DNA of 64,000 nt from an uncultured Methanosarcinaceae archaeon (GTDB lineage: Archaea > Halobacteriota > Methanosarcinia > Methanosarcinales > Methanosarcinaceae), in the NCBI GenBank assembly GCA_963733675.1, contig CAVTET010000012.1:96001-160000 (forward strand). The letters are read 5' to 3'. Below the pieces are notes generated by a model. It did not search any database, was not told the origin of the DNA, and worked only from the letters and a program-made list of their open reading frames with translations. The position numbers and the translations under genes were made by a program. Of this stretch, positions 34,367 to 46,465 are shown in pieces; position 1 is the first letter of the stretch, and every line of letters starts with the position of its first letter.

Positions 34367-36922
34367 CAGAGTCAAAATTTGTGACCATACTTGATATTGC
34401 AGCACTGGTAGTAGGTCAGCACTATAATGTTGTAGAATTCACGGATATATGGTTGATCTTTTATATTCCCTGTGTAGTTAGTTCAAGTTTTGATAATGTC
34501 TATATTGATTAAAATATTGAATTTCAAGAGAAATTATTCTTTAAGCGGGTTTATTATATATCATTTAAAGTCCATTTTAGTCCGACTTTTTTGAGGTTTT
34601 GTGTCTGATCATTTTTTTGTTTCTATGTCCAAATAGTTATTGAGGGTTTCTAGATGATTTCCAAGATAAAAAAAATATCTAAGTACTCATTTATGCGTAC
34701 TTTCCGCCATTCTGGCATTCATTCTCAGCTTTTATTTTCAGTTTTAAGCTTTTGATTAATACCTCATGTTCTGCAGACTCTCTAAAAACATTTAAATATA
34801 TTCTAAACATTATCAAAATTTTATTTTGCAATATACATGGAAGGTGTAATATAAGCTTGTACGAAGAACATACAATTCCCCAATATTTTGAAAGTTGATT
34901 GCATAGATAAGATTATTTCTGTTTGGGTGGAATATTAAAAGCAACACTGGGTCTATTTTATACAATATACTGCCGATGTTTCTATACCTTATGAATTAAA
35001 CCACATTGGTTACTAGCAAAATATGGTTAACAATCATGAAGCTTCAATGAAGTATTTTCGGCTATATATTTGGACCTCCTTTATACTTGAACCTCTGTTT
35101 TAGGCTCATAGGCTCACTCATAATATGTTTAAATCAGATTAATGCCGTTCTAAAATAAGTTCCAAAATATTTGCAAAATATTGGCTTTTGAATTCATCCA
35201 TCGATTTACGGATTTCCTACTAAACAAGGATTTTATTTTGGGACCGATGCACTAGTATTTTTTGTTTAGATAAAAAAATTTTCTTCAAAAAGTTTCTTTT
35301 ATTCAAATAACTTTGCATGAAAATATGTGGAGTAACTTTTGAGCCGTATGAGAAAACTTCCAAGCCATAACTCAGAATAGTATTAGGATGAAGTGCATCT
35401 CTTTATCCTAGCCGCAACGCTAAGCCTCATTATGAGCTGACAATGTACAATACTCATTGCTAATATTAAAGCCCACATTTTACGTCAAAAGTACTTCAAA
35501 TATCTACGTATGCTGATGTCCAATTGGCGGCGTGTATAATATCAGTAAAATCTGCTATATACAATTTAATCTTCTTTTTTGATTAAACTGCAATGTTTGC
35601 AGTGTTTTGTTTTTATTCGATCTCCACTGCAAAGATGAAAATCACAGAATTTTTGCATATGTTTTTGATAACTTTATTATTATATAGTTTAGATAACTGT
35701 ACAATTTCATGCCGATTATACGCAGATTAAATGCAAAAAAAATAATAAGAACCATATCGATAGTAAAAAATAGTCATTCTTTGGATCAATCTTACGGTTA
35801 CAGGTTATACTTTGTAGTTAACTGCATGGATTTTTGCCTGGAAACTTTTATAATAAATTAATGATTAATTCTAAATATCTCTATTGAACATTTAGGAGAT
35901 GGATAGACATTACAAACATTTTAAAAGAGCTTTAGGTGATCTTTGCGAAAATTTTCTGTTCATAGAGTTTTGCAAAAAGAGCAGAATAATTCTTTCTTAA
36001 AGGCATGAAGATTCCTTCGTCCAATTTTGTAACATGAAGTGTTTTCACTTTTGAAAGCTGGTAAAATGATAGATGCTGAGCTCCTTCAAGGTTAGCTTAT
36101 ATAAGATTAGCTACTTGAAAAATAGATCATCGAAGGTCTTTTATCTCTGAAACATCCACTTGCAATTATCGGCTTTGAACTAAAATAAAGATTACTATGC
36201 TAGGTCTGTATCTTCTGTTCTTCATGCTTTGGTTTTTAAAAGTTGATCTATTTATAGCCTGGATCTATAAAGCCTGTATGAAATAATAGCTATGTTCTTA
36301 AAATGAGAACAGTGCTCTTTCCAAGATTTCACACCTGTTTTTTTTGAATTTTTGCTCTTCGATAGATTAAATAGCAAAGTGTTGGTTGTTTTAGGCATTG
36401 GATGGCTTTTAGTAAATCAGGTGTATTTTCCTCAAATTTAGGTAAAAAATTCGATATCATAAATCCAATTATGTACAAGTATACATATAGTTTGAACAAA
36501 TCGAGTGGAAAAAATTTCCATGTTGTATAAATAATTTTAAAGTTTTGTTTTTCCGGTATTGTGCGTACTCTTACAACCAACAAAAAAACATATAACTGAC
36601 ATTAGCACTACAGCGTAATGGAAGTTCTGTAAATTCTTTTTCTTCATCACAAAAAAACAGGATTTTATCTTTCTTTACCGGTGTAAGTTTTTTGTGTTAA
36701 AACCTATGTATTTTCTCCGTTTTAGTCAAAATCATTGAACCGATAAAAACAATAGCTTAAATATATAAATTTTAAAGCTTAATATTTGTGATAGATCTAC
36801 TTACGCTTGATTTTATTCATTATGTGCATAAGTCCTAAGTTTTATCAAAACAGTGCTCACGATGTATTCAGACCTGGGAGAATACACTAGCCTGTTTATA
36901 AATTCATTTATTCTAGCTATTT

Positions 36923-37906
36923 TTATTTCATTAACGTATCGATCAAATCGTGGCCAAGGTCAGCAACGTGACCATCTAGATCTGTAAGGTTAGCAGCAGC
37001 ATACCACGAGGCATCTGCTTCTGGATGTGGTCCCGAAACGCCGATCTTTCCATTGCCGTAAGGCTGCACCATTGCGGCAACTTTACCATTCATATAAGTT
37101 GCAAGGATTGTTTGGCCTTCTATACAGCTCTTTGGTATGAAATATGGTCCATCCTGGAAATACATCCAGCGATTAGTTCCTCTCCACATAACTTGTACTA
37201 AAGTATCAGCTTTAGTTTTCACAGTAGCTCCTGGAGATTTAATATACTGATTCGTATTCAAACATAAGTTATATCCCGGATTATGATCAACCATATATCC
37301 TCCCATGCAAATGCCGAGATATCGTCCACCTTTCAAGACGAAATTTCGCACTGCAAGAGCATCTTTTTTTAATTTACTAAATGCCTGATTTACGCTTCCT
37401 TCCCCTCCGGGCTGCGCATACAGAACCACATTTGGAAGCCGTAGTCCAGCCTGAACAGACATGTTCTCATTGGGACCTACATATATTACACTGAAATTCC
37501 ATAGAGTATCACTTTTCAGCAATGCTGCAACTGCTTCAGAACATCCAGCACAACCTGCAGGTCCTCTGTACACTAATGCTATAGGGTTTGTTTCGGTTGG
37601 GTTGATCGCACTCTCTACTATTTTTTTGAAGCAGTCGGTTCTGTCAGATACTATCTCAAACTCTCTACATTTGGATTTGTCTGCAGGTACCGTGTGGCGT
37701 TTTATCAACGCTTCCTCAACATATTCATAGAAGTCGTCTCCAAGTTGTACTAAGCGATTAATGCTCAAGATATCGAAGCCTTTGCCATGTTCTAAGATGA
37801 TTGTATTGCCTCTAAATATTTCAAAAGAACCAAAAGCTACAGGGGTTAAAGCGATAATTAATGCGATTCCAAAAGCAAATAGGCGCATTACTCTCTTTAT
37901 TTTCAT
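36923..37906 (-). CDS. Exported BPL_N / class I glutamine amidotransferase-like protein
   Basis: Signal peptide; YAQPGG, GGRYLGICMGGY (Cys nucleophile elbow), SGPHPEA (His-x-Glu). Confidence 0.8.
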   Translation of the reverse strand: MKIKRVMRLFAFGIALIIALTPVAFGSFEIFRGNTIILEHGKGFDILSINRLVQLGDDFYEYVEEALIKRHTVPADKSKCREFEIVSDRTDCFKKIVESAINPTETNPIALVYRGPAGCAGCSEAVAALLKSDTLWNFSVIYVGPNENMSVQAGLRLPNVVLYAQPGGEGSVNQAFSKLKKDALAVRNFVLKGGRYLGICMGGYMVDHNPGYNLCLNTNQYIKSPGATVKTKADTLVQVMWRGTNRWMYFQDGPYFIPKSCIEGQTILATYMNGKVAAMVQPYGNGKIGVSGPHPEADASWYAAANLTDLDGHVADLGHDLIDTLMK

Positions 37907-38010
37907 GCTTCTACAATTCCTATGGATCCCAGGGAACCCTTTAAACTATAGTATATAATGGTCACTTAATTGTATGTGATTAGTTTCCCTAGAACCACTC
38001 TATTATGATC

Positions 38011-38126
38011 AAACAATACGCACTTGAGTTTCAAAATCAGGTACCATTTAGATAATTGTTTTGACTTCTAATTCGGACGATTTCAGGCTTAAGCCATTGA
38101 TTTTTCAGTTAAATCGCATAAGTCAC
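38011..38126. mobile_element. MITE family B copy (degenerate)
   Basis: TACGCACTTGA..TCAAAATC..ATTGATTTTTCAGTTAAATCGCATAAGTC aligns to 5149-5266. Confidence 0.5.
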
Positions 38127-38509
38127 ATTTTATATCCAAATTAGATTCATATAGAGAGGCTATTTAATGATTCAATTAATTAGCAGCAATCGATCTATGT
38201 TTTTCCAGAAATAATCGTCTATAATAACCTTCACAGTGTACATGTTGTCCTCATTCAAGATGTATCCATAAGGTCCGCAGGCGAGTAAAATTCTAAAGGG
38301 CTTGTAGAATATTCTATTAATGACTGATATAACTTTAAATTAAATAATCAGAGTATTTTTACTCTTGCTTAATAATATATCCAGAAGTATAAATAAGAAA
38401 CTAATAATAAGTAGAAATAAATTCTAACTGAAAATAAAATAAATAACACTATTTTTATATTTAATGTCCCGAAATATAATAAAATTAAGAAAACATGAAA
38501 AATGTGAAT

Positions 38510-39639
38510 CTGTCATAAATTCACATGTAGATCCAAAAAATCCTGTTGAAATCTTTCTCGCGAATTTTTGTATTTGATCCGATTTTTTCTTTTTCTATTT
38601 ATTATTCTCTGATTTTGAAGATAGCTTCCGGTATCCTTAAAACACCCCTTTTATTTCCAATATCCTTAATTGATATAGATTATAACAACAGGCTGTACAC
38701 AACATCTTTAGATTCACTCTTTAGATAATAGTGACAAGAACTTTTCCTGCTTCGAATGTCTTTTTAGTCACTGTATAAATTTGCCCCTTGAACTATTTTT
38801 TAGCTACTCCTCTTGTTTCTTAATATATTCCTTCTTTCTAAAGGACGTTCTTTTCTGCCCATTTCATTGTTGCATCATAACCTTTTGATTTTGCTATCAA
38901 GTATCCTTTGTCCCTATAGACCTCTTCATTTTTTTTAACAAATTTATATAAGGATCATGAAATGTTACAATTATTGTTTTGAATCTTCTAATCAGCTCAT
39001 ATCTCTGCCTTTTATGCTTTAGAGTTCATATTCAAAGTGTGACTTTTACTTTTTTTTGACCATGTTCCGTCTCTACTTCCCCTTGTTTTCACTCCATTTT
39101 TCTCGAAATTTATTCGCTTTTACGTGTCACGAATCTAAAGTTATGAAAAGTAGCTTTCTGAATCATTTCATTTTTTATTTTCAAACCAAAGTAATTAAGT
39201 TAGCTTTGCAACTGTCCCCATTATTTCTTCTCTGCATTATAAATAATTCTTTTTCTGAATTACCAGACTGTAGTACTGTCTGGTATATATTTCAGGAAAA
39301 CCACAAAAATTCCTACAAGAAAGTCAATCAATTCACCGCTTCCCAAGTTCAAAGCCTGAAAGACCATGTATTATTATAAAACAAGCATTTTAAACATAAC
39401 GATTACATAGGCTTTCAGGCTACTAGTGCTTTTTGTTAAAATATATGGACACAAAAATGATAAGAAAAAATTCTCAATAAATTAAGGAACCAATTTCAGC
39501 AGTTTATCTCCAATTGACTGAAAACGTTTTTAGTCTTTTTTAAGAGCAAAATCAATACGAGTTTTCATGAGTAGAAATTATTGTCAAGAGATTTAAACTC
39601 TCCAATGCTCAAATGTGTAGGAGTTTGTCGAAATTCTCC
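38510..39639 (-). mobile_element. Second decayed IS5-family element
   Basis: Colinear with 28978-30109; end GAGTTTGTCGAAATTCTCC at 39639; left boundary approximate. Confidence 0.75.
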
Positions 39640-39840
39640 ACATACATTTCCCATGTTTAAGTAAAGTATGGAGAAATGCTTAGGCTCGCTTTTTTCAATA
39701 ACCCAACTCAAAACTCTTTATCGGTAAAATTAAATAAGTACAGACTCTTTGAGCAGGTCCATCCATTTTAGAGACCTTTGTAAGCTTTTGTTTAGATTGA
39801 AATTTTTGTTCAGAAACATATTTATATAAATTTCATATAA

Positions 39841-39916
<76 letters not shown>

Positions 39917-40086
39917 TATTTCTGTATTAGGACTTCAAAAACATCATATTTCTTAATACGTTTATAAAGGATATCTAAATACTCTTTAAAATTAGAGGTT
40001 TGGATCCTCTCTACCTTCTAATATTATAAAAATATTTTAGATATTTAGATAAATATAAATATGTATATATCTTTATTACTGAATTA

Positions 40087-43000
40087 ATGTCACTAGAAAC
40101 AAAATTTTCTGACTTGGGGCTATTAGAAACTCAAGAAATTAAGGCTGAAATAGCTCGAGTTCCGAATATTGAACAAATTCTAGCGGCAGACGATTTCTCT
40201 AAAACAATTTCCATGTATTCTATTAACCATGGTCCAGTTGATTCGAGCCTTATCAGGGATGAATGCCTTTTTGAAATATTTGAAAGCACTTCTGATGCTT
40301 ACCCAGAAAGACCCGCTATCATTTTCCAAAATAAAGAATATAGCTACAAGGAAATTGATTTAAATGCAAATCGTCTTGCACGGTATCTCAGGGAAATGAG
40401 TATTCAAACCGGCGACAAAGTAGGTCTATTGCTAGAAAATTCAGTAGATATGTACGTCGCAATGCTTGGGATAATGAAGTCAGGAGCAGCCTATGTGCCT
40501 ATTGATATCGGGTATCCTGAAGATCGAGTAAAATATATTTTAGAAAATAGTGAGGTATCACTTACAGTTACGTGTTCATCAATTGCCGATTTTTTTGCTA
40601 TTAATGATAACATTCTTTTACTTGATCAAGAGAGTGACATAATTAATAGACATACATGTAGACGCCTTGAACGTGCTGAAACAGGCGTAACACCAAATGA
40701 CCTGAGCTACATAATCTATACTTCAGGTTCTACCGGACGTCCAAAGGGTGTTCAAATAGAACATAAAAGCGTCTGCAATCTCGTCAGAGCATCACAGAAA
40801 ATCTACCAAATCAAGCCTGAAGATAGAGTTTATCAAGGGTTTACAGTTGCTTTTGATGCTTCTATTGAGGAGATTTGGATGGCTTTTGGCCATGGAGCAG
40901 CACTAATTCCAAAGACCATGAAAATGCAAAAGGCGGGATTCGATTTTGGAAAACTGCTAATTGAGGCCAAAGTTACGATCTTGTCGTGTGTACCTACTTT
41001 TATGTCAATGATTACTGAGGATATCCCAAGTCTCAGACTGATTATTCTGGGAGGTGAAGCTTGCCCCCAGCATTTGGTAGACAAATTGAGTAAACCGACA
41101 CGTAGGCTTATCAATACCTATGGACCTACAGAAGCAACAGTAATTGCCACCTATTCAGAATTGGAGCCTAATAAAAAAGTTACCATAGGCCGACCTCTTT
41201 CTAACTACAGCGTTTATATTCTAAATGAAGACGGCTCTCTTGCACTCCACGGCGAGGCTGGTGAGCTTTTAATTGGAGGAATCGGTCTGGCCAGGGGATA
41301 TATTGGAAATTCAGACTTAAACCAGGATAAATTTATTGAAAATCCTGAGTTTAAAAGCTCCAAAGATCCTAAAAAATTCAATGAAATATACCCTCAAAGG
41401 CTCTATAGAACAGGAGACTTGGTAAGATTTGGTCAAGGTGGCGAAATTGAATTTCTTGGGAGAATAGACAGTCAAGTCAAAATAAGAGGATTCAGAGTTG
41501 AACTCTCTGAAATTGAATCTGTAATTAATTCTTCAAAAAGTGTCCTTACATCAGTTGTTTCAGTGCATGATTCGCCTGAAGGCATTCAGAAATTGGCGGC
41601 ATATATTGTACCTGAGGACAAAAAGGAATCCGTAGATTTGGCTAATATTTATACACTAATGAAAGAACGGCTGCCTAGTTATATGGTACCTCGATATATA
41701 GAATTCATTGATAAACTCCCAATGCTTCAAAGCGGCAAAATAGATCGCAAAAGCCTTCGATTACCCAACAAAATAATTATACCTCAAAAGTCAAAAAATG
41801 AAGTTAAGCCGCGAACAGAGTTGGAGGATAAAATAGCTGAAGTTTGGAAATCGGTTTTTAAAATGGAATCTATCTCGATTAAAGACCATTTTTTTAACGA
41901 CTTGGGTGGGCACTCACTTTTTGCAGCTTCGACAATTTCTGCGCTTAGAAAATACCCCGAAATGAGCTTTTTAAATTTTGCAGACATATATGAAAGTCCA
42001 ACAATTGAACTGCTTGCAGAAAAAATAAACTCATATAAATACACTCAACCAAATAATGTAGAAAAAATTAAGAAAAGTTTTTTGACCTCGTCTTCAATAT
42101 CGCATGCATTATGCGGAATTGGACAAGCCTTGTGTTTTTCTTTGAGTTCCCTTTTATTTTCGTTTTTACTTATGGGAGGTGTATATCTGTTGTTGTGGGC
42201 AGTGTTATCGGGAACCCCCAATGTTGGAAATATTGTGATTATTTCCGGTGTTTTGCTGCTTCTTGGAGTGGGATTATTTCCCTTCTTTATACTTCTGACC
42301 ATCGCCATAAAATGGATAGTTATAGGACGCTATAAACCTGGTAGGTATCCTTTGTGGGGAAGCTACTACTTACGCTGGTGGTTTGTAAGAGCATTTTCAC
42401 TTGCTCCAATCTCTTTATTTGAAGGGACTCCTCTGATGCCTTTATATCTAAGGCTAATGGGTTCGAAGGTTGGGAAGGATTGTTATATTAACACAAGCAC
42501 TATACAAACTTTTGACCTTATTAGTATTGGAGACAAAACAAGTATAGGATTTGATGCCCAGCTCTTGGGCTATACCGTAGAAGGCGGTTGTTTAGTCCTT
42601 GGTAAGGTAGATATTGGCAGCAAATGCTATGTAGGAACTCACTCAATTCTCTGTCCCGACACAAAAATGGAAAACGGATCAATGCTTTTAGATCAGTCCA
42701 CTATATCAGAAGGTATCACTATACCTTCAGGGGAAAGTTGGTCGGGCTCTCCAGCATCAATCTCAGAACCTGATGAAGATATTTTAGCCATAAAAACCTC
42801 ATCAATTGGATCATCATTAAAGAGAAAGGTTGCATTTGGAATAGCCCAGTTTACAGTAGCTAGTTACATTTTTGAGCTCATTACTCTGATAGCTTCTATA
42901 CCTGTACTAATCAACATGTATTTTTTGTATGTTAGCCAAAAAATATGGATATTGGCATTTTTACCCTTGGCAGCAACTATGTTCGTTCTCATTATGTGCA

Positions 43001-44208
43001 CCGAAATGGTATTTGTTAAGAAAATTATTTTGGGCAAAATTAATCCCGGCATATATGGAATCTATTCAAGTTTTTATTTTAGAAAATGGATGATTGATCG
43101 TTTAATGGCCATGTCTTTGTCAATTTTGCACACGCTTTATGCTACGCTCTACATAGTGCCTTTTTTAAGGGCTATGGGTGTAAAAATTGGGAAAAAAGCC
43201 GAAGTTTCTACAGTCATGCATATTTCTCCAGACCTTCTGTATATGGGAGATGAAACTTTTTTCGCAGATGCTGCGATGATTGGAACACAGAAAGTATATA
43301 TGAATCGAATGATGATCGCAGAGTCAAGGATAGGTAAGCGTTCCTTCATAGGAAATGGTTCTATGTTGCCAATAAACACGACGATTGGAGATAACTGCTT
43401 GATTGGAGTGTTATCTGTCCCACCGAAAGGAAGAATTACTCCCTCAGGTACTTCATGGCTTGGTATGCCAGCAATGTATTTACACAAAAGGGATATAAAC
43501 AACAGTTTCCCTGATACTGAAACTTATTCGCCAAATAAGCTGCTTTATGCAAAAAGGCTTACAATTGAGTTTTTTAAAGTGATTCTTCCTGTCGCTGTAG
43601 ATTGCTTAGCAGTTACGCTGATGCTTCCAATTTTGTATTATATGTATATAGACTTATATTTTTGGCAAAGTGTACTTTTATTTCCACTTGTTGTGATTGC
43701 ATTCTTAGCTGCATCCTTATTAATCGTGCTGCTTGCTAAGTATGTGCTAATAGGCACTTTTAAGCCACAGGACAAACCCCTTTGGAGTAAATTCGTTTGG
43801 ACAAACGAGCTTATAACAGGACTCTACGAAACAATGGTTGCCCCGTTCCTTTCTGTTTTGGTGGGAACTCCATTTATTGCTTGGTTCCTGAGACTTTTCG
43901 GATGCAAAATAGGTAAAAGAACTTTTATTGAAACAACATTTTTTACAGAATTCGACCTTGTAAAAATTGAGGATGAAGCTGCAATAAATCACAATGCTAC
44001 AATGCAAACTCACCTTTTTGAGGATAGAGTCATGAAAATGTCATATCTCAGAATCGGAAAGTGCTGTACAGTCGGAAGTGAAGCAATAGTTCTTTACGAC
44101 ACTGTCATGGAGGAAGGAGCAAAACTTGGAAGCCTGTCACTTCTAATGAAAGGTGAAACACTACCTTCGTGGACTTCCTGGGAAGGGAATCCAGCGAGAA
44201 CTAGATAA
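40087..44208 (+). CDS. Pls/PosA-type membrane-bound single-module NRPS (homopoly-amino acid synthetase-like)
   Basis: A-domain cores YTSGSTGRPKG, FDAS, NTYGPTE, LYRTGD, GRIDSQVKIRGFRVEL, SGKIDR; T domain DLGGHSL; three TM-separated hexapeptide repeats (LRLMGSKVG/LRAMGVKIG/LRLFGCKIG ... SW.G.PA); no C or TE domain. Confidence 0.92.
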   Translation: MSLETKFSDLGLLETQEIKAEIARVPNIEQILAADDFSKTISMYSINHGPVDSSLIRDECLFEIFESTSDAYPERPAIIFQNKEYSYKEIDLNANRLARYLREMSIQTGDKVGLLLENSVDMYVAMLGIMKSGAAYVPIDIGYPEDRVKYILENSEVSLTVTCSSIADFFAINDNILLLDQESDIINRHTCRRLERAETGVTPNDLSYIIYTSGSTGRPKGVQIEHKSVCNLVRASQKIYQIKPEDRVYQGFTVAFDASIEEIWMAFGHGAALIPKTMKMQKAGFDFGKLLIEAKVTILSCVPTFMSMITEDIPSLRLIILGGEACPQHLVDKLSKPTRRLINTYGPTEATVIATYSELEPNKKVTIGRPLSNYSVYILNEDGSLALHGEAGELLIGGIGLARGYIGNSDLNQDKFIENPEFKSSKDPKKFNEIYPQRLYRTGDLVRFGQGGEIEFLGRIDSQVKIRGFRVELSEIESVINSSKSVLTSVVSVHDSPEGIQKLAAYIVPEDKKESVDLANIYTLMKERLPSYMVPRYIEFIDKLPMLQSGKIDRKSLRLPNKIIIPQKSKNEVKPRTELEDKIAEVWKSVFKMESISIKDHFFNDLGGHSLFAASTISALRKYPEMSFLNFADIYESPTIELLAEKINSYKYTQPNNVEKIKKSFLTSSSISHALCGIGQALCFSLSSLLFSFLLMGGVYLLLWAVLSGTPNVGNIVIISGVLLLLGVGLFPFFILLTIAIKWIVIGRYKPGRYPLWGSYYLRWWFVRAFSLAPISLFEGTPLMPLYLRLMGSKVGKDCYINTSTIQTFDLISIGDKTSIGFDAQLLGYTVEGGCLVLGKVDIGSKCYVGTHSILCPDTKMENGSMLLDQSTISEGITIPSGESWSGSPASISEPDEDILAIKTSSIGSSLKRKVAFGIAQFTVASYIFELITLIASIPVLINMYFLYVSQKIWILAFLPLAATMFVLIMCTEMVFVKKIILGKINPGIYGIYSSFYFRKWMIDRLMAMSLSILHTLYATLYIVPFLRAMGVKIGKKAEVSTVMHISPDLLYMGDETFFADAAMIGTQKVYMNRMMIAESRIGKRSFIGNGSMLPINTTIGDNCLIGVLSVPPKGRITPSGTSWLGMPAMYLHKRDINNSFPDTETYSPNKLLYAKRLTIEFFKVILPVAVDCLAVTLMLPILYYMYIDLYFWQSVLLFPLVVIAFLAASLLIVLLAKYVLIGTFKPQDKPLWSKFVWTNELITGLYETMVAPFLSVLVGTPFIAWFLRLFGCKIGKRTFIETTFFTEFDLVKIEDEAAINHNATMQTHLFEDRVMKMSYLRIGKCCTVGSEAIVLYDTVMEEGAKLGSLSLLMKGETLPSWTSWEGNPARTR

Positions 44209-44433
44209 AGATCTCGTCTTGTCTTCCTTGGAGGCAAATCAACCTACACTACAACAATATTTTTTTCTGTGAATTATTTATTAAACCTTAAAACAGGACA
44301 TTTTTTCCTTATTTGAGAAAATGCAGATAGATCCTTTTGCTGATGATTTTTAGCAATTCAAGGTCCAATTGATCGCAATTAATCAAATATCCAGAAAATG
44401 ATACAAATTATCCTATTTTTAGATGGTTTTGAG

Positions 44434-45123
44434 ATGAAAATATTTGCCTTAAATGACCTAGAAACAATGGATGATTTAACATTTCTGAAGCTATTGACAA
44501 ATATACCTGACGAAAATCAGAAGAGGATTATAAAATTTACAAAACCTGATGATGCAAAACAAGTTTTGCTGGCGGACATTCTTGTAAGGTATGTCGTAGC
44601 GAGCGAGCTGAAAATTAGCAGTAAAACAATAGAATTTAATCATAATAGATACGGTAAGCCTTTTCTGAAGGGAAATTACAGACTTTATTTTAATGTCTCA
44701 CATTCTGGAAATTGGATTGTTTGTGCAATCGATGATGAACCCGTTGGTATCGACATCGAGAAGATAAGGTCAATAGAATTTGAAACACTTGAACAGTTTT
44801 TCTCAGACGAAGAGTACAAAATGTTTATGGCAAAAAATCCGAAAAATTGGCAGGTTTTTTTCTTTGACTTATGGACACTAAAGGAAAGTTATATAAAAGC
44901 AGTCGGGGAGGGGTTATCGATCCCTCTAAATTCATTTACAATTAGTTTTCTTAAAACAGGTGAGATAGCTGTTAAATTAGGCAATAAATTAACAAATTGG
45001 ACCCTAAAACAATATTTTATGGACCCGAAATATAAAATGTCAGTATGTGGTACACATAAGGCCTTTCCAGAGAATGTGATTATAAAAAAATTAAAATATA
45101 TTTGTTCGGAACATAGTATGTGA
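44434..45123 (+). CDS. Sfp-type 4'-phosphopantetheinyl transferase
   Basis: YGKP, FNVSHSG, VGIDIE, WTLKESYIKA motifs; start is either 44398 or 44434. Confidence 0.92.
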   Translation: MKIFALNDLETMDDLTFLKLLTNIPDENQKRIIKFTKPDDAKQVLLADILVRYVVASELKISSKTIEFNHNRYGKPFLKGNYRLYFNVSHSGNWIVCAIDDEPVGIDIEKIRSIEFETLEQFFSDEEYKMFMAKNPKNWQVFFFDLWTLKESYIKAVGEGLSIPLNSFTISFLKTGEIAVKLGNKLTNWTLKQYFMDPKYKMSVCGTHKAFPENVIIKKLKYICSEHSM

Positions 45124-46465
45124 TGTAAGCATTCAACTCATCAGAAAAATTAATTGATATCAATTTTAACATAATAGTTACGTTCGATTACTAACTGAAT
45201 AAAAAAGAAAAAACATAATCATAGCCAACAATTAAGAATATCAACTTCAGCTCACTGAAATTTGCCTATTGGATCTTAATGAAGATAGCTATGATGTTGT
45301 TTTACACTGGTTGAATAGAATCTCTGAATTGAATCGTTCGGGAATTCAGAGTGTTTTTTCGTAAGCTCCCAGCTATTATAGAGTAATGCAAGAGAATTTA
45401 GGGTCGCTGCAACATCTAGGTGTTACGGACCCCAGAACTTGTTCAAAATTTCACGAGCCCTTTGGTAAAGTAGGAGCTATTTTTTGTAATCTCCTATCTA
45501 AAAATAGAGATTGAAGATATATTTTAGTGTTGTTGCAATCAATATATATTTTTGCCAGAGTTCAGATTTAAGAATTTGTAACATCTCTTCAAATATTGGA
45601 GAATTTAACTACCAGTATGCAGCTGCATATTATCTACTTCACACCAACAAAAACCACAACAATGAAAGATTTTTTGTACATTTGGATGCAAGCCTGAAAT
45701 TCTTAACTGTGCATACCATATTCACAGAAGCACTGGAATTGTAAGAGCTGGAGAAAGATCAGATTCTACGAAATTTATAATAGAAATCGAAAAAGAAATA
45801 GTTCAAAATCTGAAAAGAAAATTATCTAATAAAAAAATATAGCCTATTTCAGAGAAGGGTTTTTGCTTTATTGGAAGAAAATTACTATCGAATCAATATT
45901 AACAGTCTTAACAAAATTTGATGCGAAATCCATGTTCATAAGCATATAAAATTAAAAACTAAAAAAGTGTGTTATGGGATGCTTGAGTTTAGCGGAATTA
46001 AATTTGAAGGAAATACTGTCGAATACTTTCCTTAACTCTATATTACAAATGTTCTTAAAATTGTCCCTTATGTGCCCTTTTTTCCAAATTAAGAAACAGA
46101 TATTTATACGAACATCAGAATTGCTATAATTATACCACAAATGTGACTATATATAATTCCTTATGTATACCAGAATAATATAAGAGGTAGGCATCCGGCA
46201 GCAACCCGAAATTAAGTGAGTTAGAGTCTGTGTCTGATTTAAAAAAACTGAAAAAGTAATGGGATAAAAGGATGTTGTAAATTATCAGCGTTCAGAAAGC
46301 GTTTGAAGCCCGATCCACCCTTGAATATATAAGTGATATTTCCAGAGGAACTTTACCCATGAATCTGAAGGATACTGAAAACATACCGTTCAATGCAGAA
46401 AATACACTTTCTGAGGTATGAAAATGGAAATTTCGGCCCACGTTTCATCATTTAAAAATTTATTT

